Assembly: GCA_000934665.2 (NCBI GenBank)
Contig: KZ538120.1
Location: 1-64,000, forward strand
DNA length: 64,000 nt
Source: Catajapyx aquilonaris
Taxonomy: Eukaryota
Reading direction: 5' to 3'
Of this stretch, positions 39,655-53,400 are shown piece after piece. Each line of letters begins with the position of its first letter. Position 1 is the stretch's first letter. A program made the translations under genes and the position numbers. The notes below the pieces were generated by a model that did no database searches, was not told the origin of the DNA, and worked only from the letters and a program-made list of their open reading frames with translations.

Positions 39655-39962
39655 TCTAGGAAGAGAGTCGCCAACTTCTGACGTCACGTCGCGTCGTCTC
39701 TGATTGGCTGGAGTAATTTTGGACTGTTTGCGTGTCATATGGAGCCCGCCATCTTGAGTTGTTATGGGAAAAGTGGCTGGCTCTGACGTCACGGTCGACT
39801 CCGATTGGGTGGAGCCAGAATGCCTGTAACTACTCCTGCCAATCGGAGTCGACCGTGACGTCACAGCCGGCGACTTTTCCCATAGGACACGCAAACAGTC
39901 CAAAATTACTGCAGCCAATCAGAGACGACGTGACGTCAGAAGTTAGCGACTCTTTTCCTAGA
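39655..39962. mobile_element. Foldback (near fully palindromic) MITE
   Basis: Arms of roughly 120-150 bp are reverse complements (TCTAGGAAGAGAGTCGCCAACTTCTGACGTCACG... and ...CGTGACGTCAGAAGTTAGCGACTCTTTTCCTAGA) around a short spacer. Confidence 0.85.
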
Positions 39963-39963
39963 C

Positions 39964-40182
39964 CAGCGATTCCCAAACTGCGGCTCGCGAAGGAGGGTAA
40001 CAAATTATTTTCACAAAATGATGCTATATATCTTTCTTGAAAATCATGACCATAAGGTAAGGTCATTTCACTGTTTACCTGTCTTTTCATGTGGGCGGAT
40101 CGAAATGTGCCCATATAGGGGGTCGCAAATTTTACGAGACTATTTGTTTGGGGTCTTCAACGAAAGAAATTGGGAAGCACTG
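39964..40182. mobile_element. hAT (Charlie-like) MITE with 8-bp target-site duplication
   Basis: Termini CAGCGATTCCCAA... and ...TTGGGAAGCACTG. Identical TCCTAGAC at 39956-39963 and 40183-40190. Confidence 0.88.
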
Positions 40183-40694
40183 TCCTAGACCCTCTATAAT
40201 CCTGACCCATCTTACCCTCACCTAAGGTAACACATCGTAACATAACGATTTGGATCAAACTTTTTTCTTCTTCTTTTTTTGCTACTTTTATTGGTTGTGG
40301 TTTCTCCGCTCTCAATATATCTATTTTAAACCGCGATTATCAAGCCTCCATTTGACGACAGATAATGAGCCGAGAACTAGTAGTTCCTCCCTGAATTAAC
40401 CAGCCCCATCTGGCAGCCCCCAGATAGTGTTGCGGGCTCTGCCTTATCCGGAATTCCACATTCAACAAGTTGCGCCTCCCGTAAATTCAACCCCGGATCA
40501 ATAAAACCATCCCCACCCCTCCTCTCATACACACACCCCCCACCCCTGCCCCTCCATCCTCATCTTCACCGCGAAGGGCATTGGAAATGGCAATCACAAA
40601 TCATAGTCCAAAAGCGTGGGTGCCATTCTACTCAGAGGATCGGGAATCTATTTAACCCCACAAAAAAAAACTGCATGGACCACTGCTGTGGGGC

Positions 40695-41225
40695 GGACTA
40701 CCCAGGACTATCTGGGATTACTATGATAGTAATCCCAGATAGTCCTAGGTATAGTCTGAGGTAGTCCGAAAGTAATCCCAGATACTCCTGGGTCAGTCCT
40801 GGGTAGTCTGAAGAAGTCAGAGAGTAATCCCAGGTAGTCCTGTGTAGTCCCAGATAGTCTCGTGTAGTCCTAGGTAGTCCGAGATACTATCAGACTATCT
40901 GGGACTATAGTCCGAGAGTAATCCCAGATACTCCTGGGTCAGTCCTGGGTAGTCTGAAGAAGTCAGAGAGTAGTCCCAGATAGTCCTGTGTAGTCCCAGA
41001 TAGTCCTGTGTAGTCCCAGATTGTCCTAGGTAGTCCGAGATACTATCAGACTATCTGACAGCAACACAGGGCTCTCTGACTATACCCAGGACTGACCCAA
41101 GAGTATATGGAATTACTCTCGGACTATCTGGGACTACCTATAGGACTATCTGGGACTACCTATAGGACTATCTGGGACTACCTATAGGACTATCTGGGAC
41201 TACCCTCGACTATACCTACTAGGGT
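40695..41225. repeat. Complex minisatellite of about 10/20-bp GGACTATCTG/GGACTAC units in both orientations
   Basis: Runs of GTAGTCCCAGATAGTCCTGT and of the inverse TAGGACTATCTGGGACTACC. A block of about 56 bp is duplicated at 40771-40826 and 40917-40972. Confidence 0.9.
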
Positions 41226-41995
41226 GAATATGGACTACCATTACTCCAAAATGAGTATAGCCCTTCGGCTGTGCGTGGGTGGAATAAACATTGATCCGGA
41301 GCTTGTAGTAGGTCATGGGCACATTTGTCTCATTGCACTGATTGTTCCTCCTACAATATAATCATTGTTGCAACCTGCGTGACCCCCCTAAGATGGCGAC
41401 GCCGGCACCCAACTGACGTCGACGACGGTGCCTCCCTCCCACCCACCGTCATCACCGCGCCACCCACCCGGTATTCCGCCCACCCCCCCCGACCAACCAG
41501 TCCGTTTGACGTCACGAGCCCAGGGCGGCCATTTTGGACTAGTGTGGGCGGACTGTTGGCGGCGTCGTTGGCGTCGCGAGGAGGGGGTGGCGGGGGTGGG
41601 GGTTGGTGGAAGCAGCCCGCCAAGGAGAAAGAGCCAGGGCAGACACACACACTGGGACACGGATCTGCCGCCTGGTCAACACTGGTTCGGTTTTATTGGG
41701 AAGGGGGAAGACAACAAGAGAGAGGGGGCAGGGGGTGGGGGTGCCAGCCGTGGAGGGAGGGGGGTTGGGGGCGGGGGAGGGGGGCTGCTGCTGCTGGCTG
41801 GTACACCTCGCTGGCAAAACTGCGGAGTGGCGCCGATCCAAATGCGCCAGGATCACGCTGGAGGAACAGCCCTGAGTGACACCCATTCCCGCCGATTTGG
41901 GTCAAACGGGCCAACATGTGAGGACCAAGAGGAACAACCTCCTCGTCCCTTCCCTTATCCCCTTTTCATGTCCCCTCCTCTCCGACGCCTGTAAA

Positions 41996-42074
41996 ATGTG
42001 CCGGTTGTGGTGGTTTGCGGGCGTCCTCCTGCTGCTGTGCTGGGTCACCGGATGTCACACCGAGGGCAACGTGG
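41996..42074 (+). CDS. First coding exon of an unidentified secreted or membrane protein (signal peptide MCRLWWFAGVLLLLCWVTGCHTEGNV)
   Basis: AAAATG start context, basic n-region, hydrophobic h-region and small residues before the likely cleavage site. Consensus donor G|GTGAGT, phase 1. Preceded by a GC-rich leader (41380-41995). Confidence 0.7.
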
Positions 42075-42889
42075 GTGAGTATATTTTTGCACAAAAAGAC
42101 ACGTGTACACTATCGATTGACTGCGTGCTAACAAGTGTTACGTCATACGTCAGTGAGTGACCCTTGCTATATTTTTTTTTATCATAGAAAAAGTCGGGGG
42201 CGGATGTGTCTATCAAGCCTGATAGGTTGCGGGTTTTTGGGAGGATACGATTATCTGCAGCGGGCTGTAATTGCAATGGTACAGTCTGGGACAAAAATAT
42301 GTGTCTCGCAGGGTACGGCAAGTGTGTACTCTACTGGCAAAGTGGAGGATCAATACCCCAGCCCTAGCCCAGAGAGAGAGAGAGAGGGAGAGAGAGGGCC
42401 CCTCCTCATCCCCCATCTCTCCAACCCACCCACCCACTCTCCAGCAACCCGCTTCCTCCGCCCCAGGTTTTATTCTACCCCCCTCTCCTCTTTTCTCCCA
42501 AATTATTAAAGCTGCTGATTGTTATGCAAGGGGGGGCAAAAGCTCCCAAAACCTGGAAGGGGGAGGGGGGGAGACCTGCAAAGGCGTGACTCCTTTTGAC
42601 CCGGACTGTCACTACCAATATGTACCTCGCATCGATTTTCCCGCCCCCGCAGCATGCCCCCCTACACGCTTTACCTCATTCGCGTCCTTGTCATCCCCCA
42701 AAAAGTTGCAACGCGACAAATTATGCGACATTTTTTTAAAAGGTTGGGTAACTGTTTGAAGCCCACTCAGGTGGGCAGTCTTTGGGTAACGGAAATGTTC
42801 GTAGCGGTTAGCCATTTCTGGCTGCTAAGGAAGTGGTTATCAAACGAATCAGCTCGTTTATTCGTATTTCCAATAATTATAAGCTAAAC

Positions 42890-43240
42890 TGTTATTAATA
42901 AGCAATTTTTATCAAGTTATTACTAGCTATTCTATTAGCGATGTAAATTTTTCTAGCTTCTATATTAGCAACGTAAAATTTCTAGCTATTCTATTAGTAA
43001 TATAAAATTACTAGCTATTTACTTATAATATTATTTTACTAGCTATTAGTGATATTAATTACTAGCTACATATTCGTAAAATTAAATTACTAGCTTAGTG
43101 ACATATTCGTCTACTAGGCTGCTTAGTAATATTATTCATTAGCCACTATACTAGTAAAATTAAATTACTAGCTTCTTTATGAGTAATATTAATTATTAGC
43201 TTCTTTATTAGTAATACTGTATATTATCTAATATAGCTAA
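42890..43240. repeat. AT-rich degenerate tandem repeat (ATTACTAGCT core, about 30-bp period)
   Basis: Recurrent TACTAGCT/TTCTAGCT followed by TATTAG motifs. Confidence 0.7.
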
Positions 43241-46200
43241 AAGACAATTTTCACCATAGACCTTCCTTAAAATTGGCATCAAACCTGATATTGGAGTCGG
43301 TTATTTTTGATAGGTGTTCAAAAGTAGTTGCTTAAATAAGAGGGCCGAAAATCGCTGACCGTTGACATTTCAGAAGGAAACGTTCATTTTTGCACGGTTC
43401 AAATGGCGTTTATTGTCGATACTAAGCAGGTTACAGCAATGTCATTTGTAAGTGTTAAATATTGAAACACGCGCTTTGTCACCCCGTAAGTTGCAACGCG
43501 ACAAATTATGCGACATTTTTTTTTTCCGGGGCAGGTGAGTGGGCGGATTTACAACCCGGTCCGATGGCATGGCAGGTGTTCAGTTATGGATAGGTAGTGT
43601 GTGACATTGGAAGAGTGGTGACAGATGTCGGAGCGAACGGAGCGGAATGCCAGAAATGTCCACTTTGTGCTCGCTCACGGTTCTGGGAGCAGGCTTCCAC
43701 TTAGCTAAATCCAGGTCCAATTAAAAGTGGTGGGTGGTGGGGGGGTATAGCACCACTGGGAAAATGGGTGACGCTCGGCAGGGGGGGATGGCTTTTCAGA
43801 GGATTATTGGGACCAGGATGGGGGACATGCTTCCATCAGGAATAGACTGGCCGAAAATCGCCTGGCAGATGCTGGCACTCGCACGATTGGACCACCATTG
43901 TAGCCATCTAGTACATTACAAATTACATAATAACGTAACGTCTCAATTGCGTCAAAGTTGGACGTAGCGGTTAGCAGTTTAGAGGCTGTCGAAACGGGCC
44001 GTAATGTTGGAGGTTATGGCTACCTCATTTTCATTCTGATGAACTAATTACTCACGGTTCAATCACATTATTATAACAACTGTCATTGCGTGCGTAAATA
44101 AACAGTACTATCGATAGCAATGTGAACCCCACCCCCCTTCCATGGCGTTTCATTGATTCGGTCATGTAACAGCTATATACGTCAGCTTGGAAAGACTACG
44201 AAAAAAGTGCTCCGACATATTGTTTACGTGTCGACCTCCACTTCCTGGAATTGGCCAACAATGCTATCCTGATGAACCTCGGATTAACCCCCCGTTTCTG
44301 GCAAGCAACTTTGCCAAAAACTAGGGCTTGGTTTCTCTCTCTCCCTCTCCCCCCATATACTATGCTTATCCATTTGGCCAAAAACGTTTGTAATCGATAT
44401 GGAAACGGGGCCGGTTACACGACTGTTACATTTGGCACGCGTTCCTGGCAAGGCCAAAACTGGAGTTTGAATGTAGATGAAAAGACATTTTTCCATCTGC
44501 TAAAAAATTTGTCGAATTGGTCGCCGGAAACACTTAGCGCCATCTCTTGGCAATGACCGCATGTAACTCATGTTTTAAACCCCGCGGTATCGATCTGAAG
44601 GATTCCTTCAGCCTGCAGTCTACCTGTGCGAGGGGAAAAAAATAGCGAAATGGCCCCCTAGAAATCTTTAAAAACAATGTATCCGCAAACCTGTGATTAA
44701 TTATCCGCGCGTAATTAAATCAAGGGCCGAATTGGGAAATAATGGCTGGGTCTGTACAGTGTCGTTTTCGAAACTTCTCATCCATTACCAGGAGTAAAAT
44801 GTTGAACTGGGGATATGTTGCACATTTTTTAAAAAAAATGAGAGAGGAACAATATATCATCAAGGCGAATTGAGGATGAAGAGGCAATCAAGACGTTGGA
44901 AAAGAGCCAACGGAAATCTATATAAGAAAAAAAAAATATGGCACACCCTGTACTCTCAACCAACCGAATTTATGTCTTATGTCACCGGTGAATGACCCTG
45001 CCTTTTAAGTGTGATATCAATTAAAGTCCTCGGTGTAAACCGCCAGATACTAATAGTGAACTGAAAGCATTATTGTGCCTGCTGTGCGAGTACAACCGGA
45101 TGATTTGGCATCAGTGTGAGCCGCTTTTCAATGATGAGTTGGGCCAAATCGATGCTTCTGGCTGATGGAAAGAGGGTCAAAGGCCAATGGTGGGGTTTAA
45201 CAACAATGCCCCCCTTTTTTTTGACTCGAATTGTCATATTTCCATGGGAGGGTTGTATCCGAACATAAAAAAAAGAGCGTCAGTTGCATACGATTTGAAT
45301 TATTGAGCCGGAGAATTGTACCCCGCTAGAAAATGGAGGGGTTTGGACTTGTTCCCCCCCTACTTTTCATCTGAAAAATTGTTATCACTTCCTAGTTTCC
45401 ACGTGTGCGGCCATGATAAATCGACGGTCTTATCAGATGTGGAAAAAAGTGACTCGGAAACTGGAAGCCATTTATTCGGGTTGGTCCCCAGCCGGATTAT
45501 TTATTTACTCTTTACGTTTTGTTGGCAGAGCTCATAACATTCGGAATTATGAACGGAATGTGACGTCGCCAACAATACGTCACACAGAAAAATATCGTGG
45601 GAAGACACATGATTTATAAACTATTCCATTTGAAAGCAGCTGATGGTGTTTCCATGCGAGGATTTTTTTTAACGAATGTTTTCCCAGTGGCATATTCCAC
45701 CCAAAAGGTCATCTGAAAAAAGAGTTTACTTTGCAATCGATAACATCTGCCATGATGGAGTGGAGACACAGCTGACACACCAAAGTAAAGATACAGTCAG
45801 CGTGAAAATCTTGGGACTCCGTTTCTTCATTGTCACTTACAGGAAATTGGCTCCCAACTGATTTTCAGCACACCTATATATAGGGGTGCTGGAAATGGCC
45901 TGAAGCAAAACTGTTATTTACTGCACGAAACTGTAAAAAACAGCCAGCGGTCAACTTTTCAGCACAATTTGCAAAAATAATAGTGGCATAATTAGCATGC
46001 ACTATTTTTTGCTCCAGAATATTTACCAACTGAAGAGAACTTGGTGCAAAATTTTTGAGCGTCACTCACCATGAATCTTATATGGGCGTACGGTTGTGTC
46101 AGGTCAGTTCTGGTGTTGACAGTGTAAAAGTGGAGAAGATGAGAGCTTCCGAGTGGAGAGGACCCCCGACATTTCTCCACGCAAGTACCGCCCCCTCAAC

Positions 46201-47401
46201 AAAAAGACTGAGTGGCGTTGGCGATGAAAAAAAAAAAAGCGAGAGAGAGAAAAAAAAGCGAGGACATGAATCTTGCGAGGCTTTTCCAAGGCGAACGTCC
46301 GTAATGAACGGATCCCAAGTGTAGATGTAGGATAAGCCCTGGTCGTAAAATGGACTTGATGCGCTCCTGGTGACACGGAAAGTGTGCGAGGTGGAACTCT
46401 AGGGATACTTACGTCATTGGGATAAGCTGCCGCGTGTCATTTCTGGTTTAGTGACAAAAAAAAAAAAAGGGACGGTACTAAAACATAAAATTGTGCCCCC
46501 GGCAGGTAGACCGGATTTTATTGTGGATCTAAAAGACAGGAAATTGGAAAATAAATGTCCGTTGGTGCAACAGCTGCCTGGTTATAATTAAAAGTAAGCA
46601 GAAGAATATTGGAGAGAATACAGTTTTTTTTTGAGGGGGGGGGGGTCATTCACCTTCATCAGGTCCCGAAAAAAAAGTGTCCGGTCCAACTATTGGACGC
46701 AATGAATTATTTGGAGAGACCCATGGTTTTGGCTTCAGTGGGACTGGACAAAAAAGTGGGCATACTTTGAAGCTCATCGATTGGGAAAAGGCAGCAACAA
46801 AAAACGGGGGACCCAAAATTTTGTCCCCCTTTCCATGTTCATTACTTGTCTATTTCACTTCCATCCCCATCTGAACCCTCCTTCACATCAATCAGACTCA
46901 CCAGCTTTATTACGCTGCTTTACTACACATTTTAAGGGACAAGTCCTGGGATATTTATTTCATCCGGACCAGTCCACACTTATACACACACAAAAAAAGC
47001 GGCACCAAAGAGTATGAAAATTTAATCTTGCATTCGAAGGGAAGGGAGAAGCCGTGGCATCCACATTTTCTATGCAAGATCAATGTTTCAATGGTGCGCT
47101 GCGAATGGAAACACAGGCCCAAGGCTTAGGCAAATCAAAATAACACCCACTCCGGGATTTTAACTGCCTGTCACCGCATTTTTCAAACGGCGCCACACCC
47201 TGTCAAGAATTGAACGGACACACGAATATATTCATCCAGTTTTGCCCCTGAGCTGTTATATGCCCCTGTGAACAAGAGAGACGCTTGGGCTGCGTCATGC
47301 CAGGATGAGATTCAAACTAACTACCTTCCTTGCGGATACAGCCCTATCTTCAGCGGATACAGCCACTATTCTTAGAAGGGGTTCACTGTACCAACATAAC
47401 C

Positions 47402-47481
47402 TAATTTCAAATATTTTCAAACTAATAATTTCAAATATGTTCAAACTAATAATTTCAAATATTTTCAAACTAATATTTTCA
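47402..47481. repeat. 24-bp tandem repeat, about 3 copies
   Basis: TAATTTCAAATATTTTCAAACTAA repeated with one substitution. Confidence 0.9.
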
Positions 47482-50400
47482 GCTGATATTTTTTGACTAA
47501 TATAGTGGTCAGTTTGATGGTAAATATTTGAATGTACTTTGCTTGGGCAGATGCAGATATTTTGGGCTTAAACGTGGATTTGGATTGGAGGTTGTGGTGA
47601 GGAAAAGCTTGGAATTGGTGTAGTGGGTAGTGTAGCATCAAGTGCAGCGTTGCTCGAAGGCAATTTGCTCAGCCGAGCGTTGGCGTGAAACATGGATGCG
47701 GGATCCACCAGGATTTTCGGTGCCGACTTCCTGAAAACCCCTGGACCAATTTGGAGGGGGGTGTAATCTGGATAGAAATAGTTACATTTGAGAGTAGACG
47801 TTTGGGTATGATTTGGATGCTGAAAAATTTTTGTGCAGAAAAATTAGTTTCTTTCATGGCCTGTGATGGGTCGTTAGTGGGCGTTGCCTTAACGATCCTG
47901 TCAGAACCACTGGGGATGAGATCCCTCCCCCCCCCCCCCCCTAAAAATTTTCGGACTCGAAAGAGCTGGTAATCAATCAAACTCATCCTGGCGGGGACTT
48001 ATTACCAGATGTCCAGTACCGTCCTAAAAATTGACTAACGGCAGCAGCAGCCTGCCCGAAATCATCCCGACACATTTTTGAATTAATGAATTTTTGTCGA
48101 AATTTTGAACTCGGGATTAAATTTTAGAAGATTGGAATTTCCTTGGAGCCACGTTTCTCCAGAGATTCAAAGTTCGTGATGCTGTGTAGAGTTTGAGCAG
48201 TCTCGGCACAAAACTCAGATTTTCACACTGGGAGATAGACCCCCCATAGGCCTTCCTAGATGAAAGTTGGAGGAATCACATTCCCAAGAGATGTAAGCTT
48301 CATCCGACATATTTTTTTTTGTACCGTACCGTTATTTTACTTCCGTAAGATCGATGTTATTTTTTTTGTTCTTAATTATTACGCCAAAAATTGTACTTGG
48401 CCATTTTGCGACCATGTATGCCCTTGTTATTTTTAGCCCTTCAATTGGGCCAGTGCACTAATTACCTCACCACACGCTTTCCACTCCCCGAGGCACAAAA
48501 TGATCGCCGAAACAAAAGACTTGCGGTGCGGGTCAGGACGGGATGAAAATGCGAGAGGGGGTGGGGGGGAGGGGGGCACAAATTGCGTCATGTGCGGGGG
48601 GGGGGGGGTATGGATGGTGATGGACGCCCACATATGGCTGCCAGCTAAAAGTATGTGTAAGTGTCGTTCTGATGGGGTCTAATTGAACTTAGAGCGGGGC
48701 TTTTGTGGAAGGGTTAAAATTAGGTCTTACAGTAGCCGGGGTGTGAAAGTGCGACAAATTTACATATTTATGTCCGGAAATACACGTCATGTCTGCGTGT
48801 CGAGCAGACTGTACAAAAGCGACATTTAGGTTGCAGACATACTGTAAGCGTATGCCATAATTATTATTGTCTGACACTTTGCATGTTAGAGGCAGCGGCT
48901 TTTAACGGCTTCGGAGTTAATGGCGTGGTTTTATGCACTCCCGGTGCTGATAATAGGTGTTCAATAAAAAGCGAATCATTTGTCGTATCATTAAATCTGA
49001 TAGCAAGTGCGTGATAAGCACGAGTGATTGTTGTAGAGAAATAAAATATATTAGACTCTAGTTTATACAGTTTGTCAGTTATTTATTAGGTATAATTTTT
49101 ATAGGTCATAAAAATTAGCTACTACTGCATTGTTGATTCCAAATTTTTGAACATTCGACTCACAGTGGACTTTAAAAACTGATAATAAAATTGTTAATAT
49201 TCATTTAGTACAGCCGGACCTTGAACTGCATGCCACCAAATTAATCTCGTTACCAGTAATGCCGATACCATACACTCCACACACATATACATACACTCGT
49301 CCCACGCATATTAAATGGAATTCCGCTTCGTTATGTCACATCCACTGTAGTAGAGAGGGGGTTAGTCATACTGTATATGCACGTCAATCATTTACATACT
49401 GTGTTTGACATTTGCGTGCAGCCTCGGTCCCTCTAACAGCATAACAATGGCATTAATTTATTAACGATGTTTTGGTACACTGCAGATTTTTCAGTCCAAC
49501 AATATGTAATCCCCTCCACCCCTCTACCGCATTAAGCAACCCGATTTACTTGATAAAAAAAATGTGTGTGTGTCCCCCTCCCCTGTTTGTTCAGGCGACG
49601 ACGACGGGCCAAGCACCGTGAAAAAGCTTGTTTGCAGTAAACAGTAATAAACGCAAGCTCTCATGTCCGTGGCCGACGCAGATAAGTCGGAAAAGAGCGC
49701 TAGGGGTTGGGTTGAAACGCAAATTTTGGGGGGAAGTGCCGCAATCACAAGCAGATCTAGCAAGTTTTGCAAATAGGAGCCAATTGGAGAGGTTCCATAG
49801 AAGCTTAAAACAAATTTTTTGGAAGCGAGAAAAGCGTATCTCTAGGATTTCCATGCAACAGGTGGTCACGTGGGTTTTGCAGAACGGATGTGCGGACAAA
49901 GTCAGGCTGAGTTGGCGGTACAAGCAGCTAATCAGAGGTGAATAACGCAAATGAGGAGGCGCTAACGAGCACTAACACAGATTGGTTGGTAGGGGCCTCA
50001 TATAATGGGGGTGGAAGCCCGGGAGGAGAGAAATGGGGTGCATCGATTCCACAGATCCTTTTTCAGGGCTTGATTTTTTTTATGTGCACACATTTTATGA
50101 CCCACAACAGTCGTTTCCGGGAAGTTGCGGTGATGCATCATAAGCAAAGTTCAGCCAATGTGATGTGAAAAACCAGAGAATGCGGGTTAAGTGTGTGTGA
50201 ATTACAGCAACTTACTGAACCATTCGGCAATAATTTTAAAAAAATCTAATAAGAAGCCATTTAAGCACTTTTGCAATTTTTTATTTCGATTTATTTTCGC
50301 AACTCCATGGTAGGGGGACACAAACTCCCGCAGCAATGGAAGCAAAACACAATTTGGCATGGTGCATCAATTGACATGCGAATTGGTCTACCTGGGTGTG

Positions 50401-53400
50401 TCGCAAGGCTCTAAAAATACAGCAGGTAGTGATTGAGCTTCGGCTTGTTGTGTATAGTGTGCGTGGTCCCCAAATTGCATCGAATCACAAGCTCCGTTGC
50501 AAAGCTGATGAAGCGCAAAAATGAGGCTTCCAATCTCCCCCCCACTTGTTAATGTAATGACATTGGGTGCAGAGAGTTTGGGGCGTAAATAAGATTTTAT
50601 CCACCGGTCAGTCCAATGCCACAGTTTTTGTTATTCAATCGACGGACTTACCCGACAGCAAAAATGTGCGTGATGATTGAAACACATTCATGCAGCTAAT
50701 GTCCCCACTGGTTTTTAATACGACCCTTAAAATAATAATGGGGTGTAATCAATACGTTTGCATGAGCCCGATTGATTGATTCGAACAAAAAAAACAGTGA
50801 CGTCATCTCGTAAAACTTGGGTCATAACCTGGATTACTTATTAAGTTTCTACTCCCACTTGCACAAATCAGATGTTAATGCCGATTGTAAAGCAAAATGT
50901 GGTGTGCAAGGTTGGGAGTTTCTAAACTTTTACAGCCTGGCTTGATAACCCACTCTTTTTTGGGGGGAGGAGAATAATTAGGGTGAATTCTTAATCCCCA
51001 AGAGTAGTTCGCATATATAGTCTCGGGGGGGTTAATAGTCGTGCGAATCTTAATTTGACGCCTCCTTTATATAAGACTGAGCCTCTTTTAGTGCCGCCCC
51101 GGAAAGGGACATCTTATTAGTCTGCAAAGTGTGGCCATTCATTTATCACAGGAGGGGCTGTTAAACGGGGCGATTTTCGCAGCGATATTAAAGAAATATT
51201 AGCCGCTTATCTAGCACCTTTTGCGGTCACCAAACATATCACGATTTTTTTTCCCCCCCCAGCGAGATTGTACAGCCCAGTTTATTACAGGGCAGGGGGA
51301 TTGATACGGCCTGTAAATACGAGCTGCTTTCCACTCTAATTACGTGGTACAAACGGTCATAAACCCTTGCATGTTGAACAGGTTTTAAAAAGTGTGTCCC
51401 AAATTTTTGCAGCAGGGATTTTTATACAGCGCGAATTTCTGTTCAATATGTGCAGTCGATTCGTTAGTCTGCGTCTCCTGGGTAACCTAGGCTTTTACTT
51501 CATTAGACCGATTCTTCGACGTAGAAAAGGTTCCATCCGGAAAATGTTCGATCAACTTTGAGGAAGGGGTTGGGGGGGATGGAAGAAAAGATATCGGATG
51601 ATTTTTTTTCATGCTTTTTTCTAGCTACCTCCCTACCTTCTACAGTAGTACGGGTTCTATCTTCCATCCACCCCACCCTTTTTTAGAGGTTGATTCTTCT
51701 TACTTGTTGAGGAAACCTTTAAAGGGGGAAAGCTTTGGGAAAAGAGGGGGGGGGGGGAAGTTTTCGGCAACAAAAGGCAAACTTTGACATTAAGATCCAC
51801 CTCTCACTTTGTGCTATCTCGATTGGGTGGGGGAGGTTGTAGGTGGGGTGGGTTGGAAGCAGAGAGAGAGAAAAGGAAGGTTTGCAGACCGTCATAATGA
51901 AATCCTAACGCAGGAGATTGCCCTCTGAAAAAGAGAGAGAGAGAGAGGAAACAAAATTTCTAGGGAGGAAAAGGAAAAGTTTCTTCCAATTAGCATGCAC
52001 CTTTGTTTGCTCTCTGATGAATAAGGGGCTAAGTCGATGCTCCTTATTTTTACTGCCAGATCGTCCAATTTTATACCAGTTATGCAACTGCTTGTTTGAA
52101 TTTGTATGACGTGGGTGAAGTTCAGATGTCTGTAATGAGCGTTGATTAAAACGGGCTGAAAAGCAATTTTCACTTATTATGACAAATGTATGCATTTAGT
52201 TCCATATTTGCGAGAAAAACGATATTTTTCAGAAGCCTTTTTAAATAAACAAATTGTCAAATGTTGGAACTGTGGGTTAGAGCCAATTGTCGACACAAAT
52301 TTGCAGGAAATATTTGTTGTTGCGGATTTATATATATAAAAAAATCCGCCCATGTCGAAGAGTGATTGGGGAGCAAAACCACCTCAGCTTGCACTTATCT
52401 GAAAATTACGACATTGCAAGGCCCTTCTAATCCATATTCCTCCTGCCCTCTTCCTCCATTCGAAAGCTGTCAAAAGCGTGGCATTTATAAGACGGGAGAG
52501 AGTTGAATGGGTGCGCCCACTTGACATGTTTTTCACTTCCAATCTAGCTGTTCTCATGCAACTGGCAAAGGGCTAGAGCTGGGAAAGGGGGGAGAAAATA
52601 TAGAGGGGGGGAGGGGACACACAAAATGGAATTGTGCTGTTAGCCATTTTGGACCACACCATTCCAGCACTTAGGTATGACTAATTGCATATTTAATGAT
52701 CCAAACGTCACCCTACTAGTTGCCCCCCCCCCCCNCCATATTATTTATGGAAACCTGAGGAAAATATCCGTTTTGATACGATCCGGTACTTTTTTTTACG
52801 ACTTTGATTGAAAAACTTGGTGAGGAATTCAGTTCGTGTGTCAATGAGCAAGTTGGTGCCAAGAGTCAACTTTTCTTGGCTTCTTAAAAAATCTGGTGAA
52901 ACTCGAGTTGCTTTTTTATATGGCCTCTTTTGGAAAAATGGTGACGTAGCGAACTTTTTTTTTTGCTTCCAAGATGTTGGTCTCGAAAAAGTGTGAGAAA
53001 CAACGCTGGCTTCGCAATTTACACGCTATAGTACCCTTGCTGGCTTGGAAATCGATCCCTTTTTTTTTCGTCTGCAACGAAAATTTCTACCTAATAGAAT
53101 CGTAGAGACGCCATCGATTTTTTTTGCTACTAACAAAAATCTTCGTTCAAAGAGTAATGAAAACTGCAGGCTGTGACATTAAGATTTTATTTGTCCCTCA
53201 ATTTCTGGGCGGTAATGGGCCATTAGACGGAATCATATTCAAATCATGGCTCATTATTGCTGGGAGAGCAAAGTGGCAAGTTTTTATTCCCTAAAAATTG
53301 AGTTCTTAACGAAAAGTGGCGGGTTGTTGACAGGTTTTCAAGGTCATTATTAGACGTGGAAGTGGATTGGTTAAGAGACTAGAATAGATCGTTCCCATTG

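Noticed and set aside
40695..41225. Possible CRISPR-like array
   Set aside because: No unique spacers, units are tandem and inverted, no cas genes, and the context is eukaryotic.
41325..41994. Overlapping ORFs of 90-188 aa in the GC-rich region
   Set aside because: Low-complexity G/P/R-rich translations open in many frames, as expected for a GC-rich promoter or 5' UTR.
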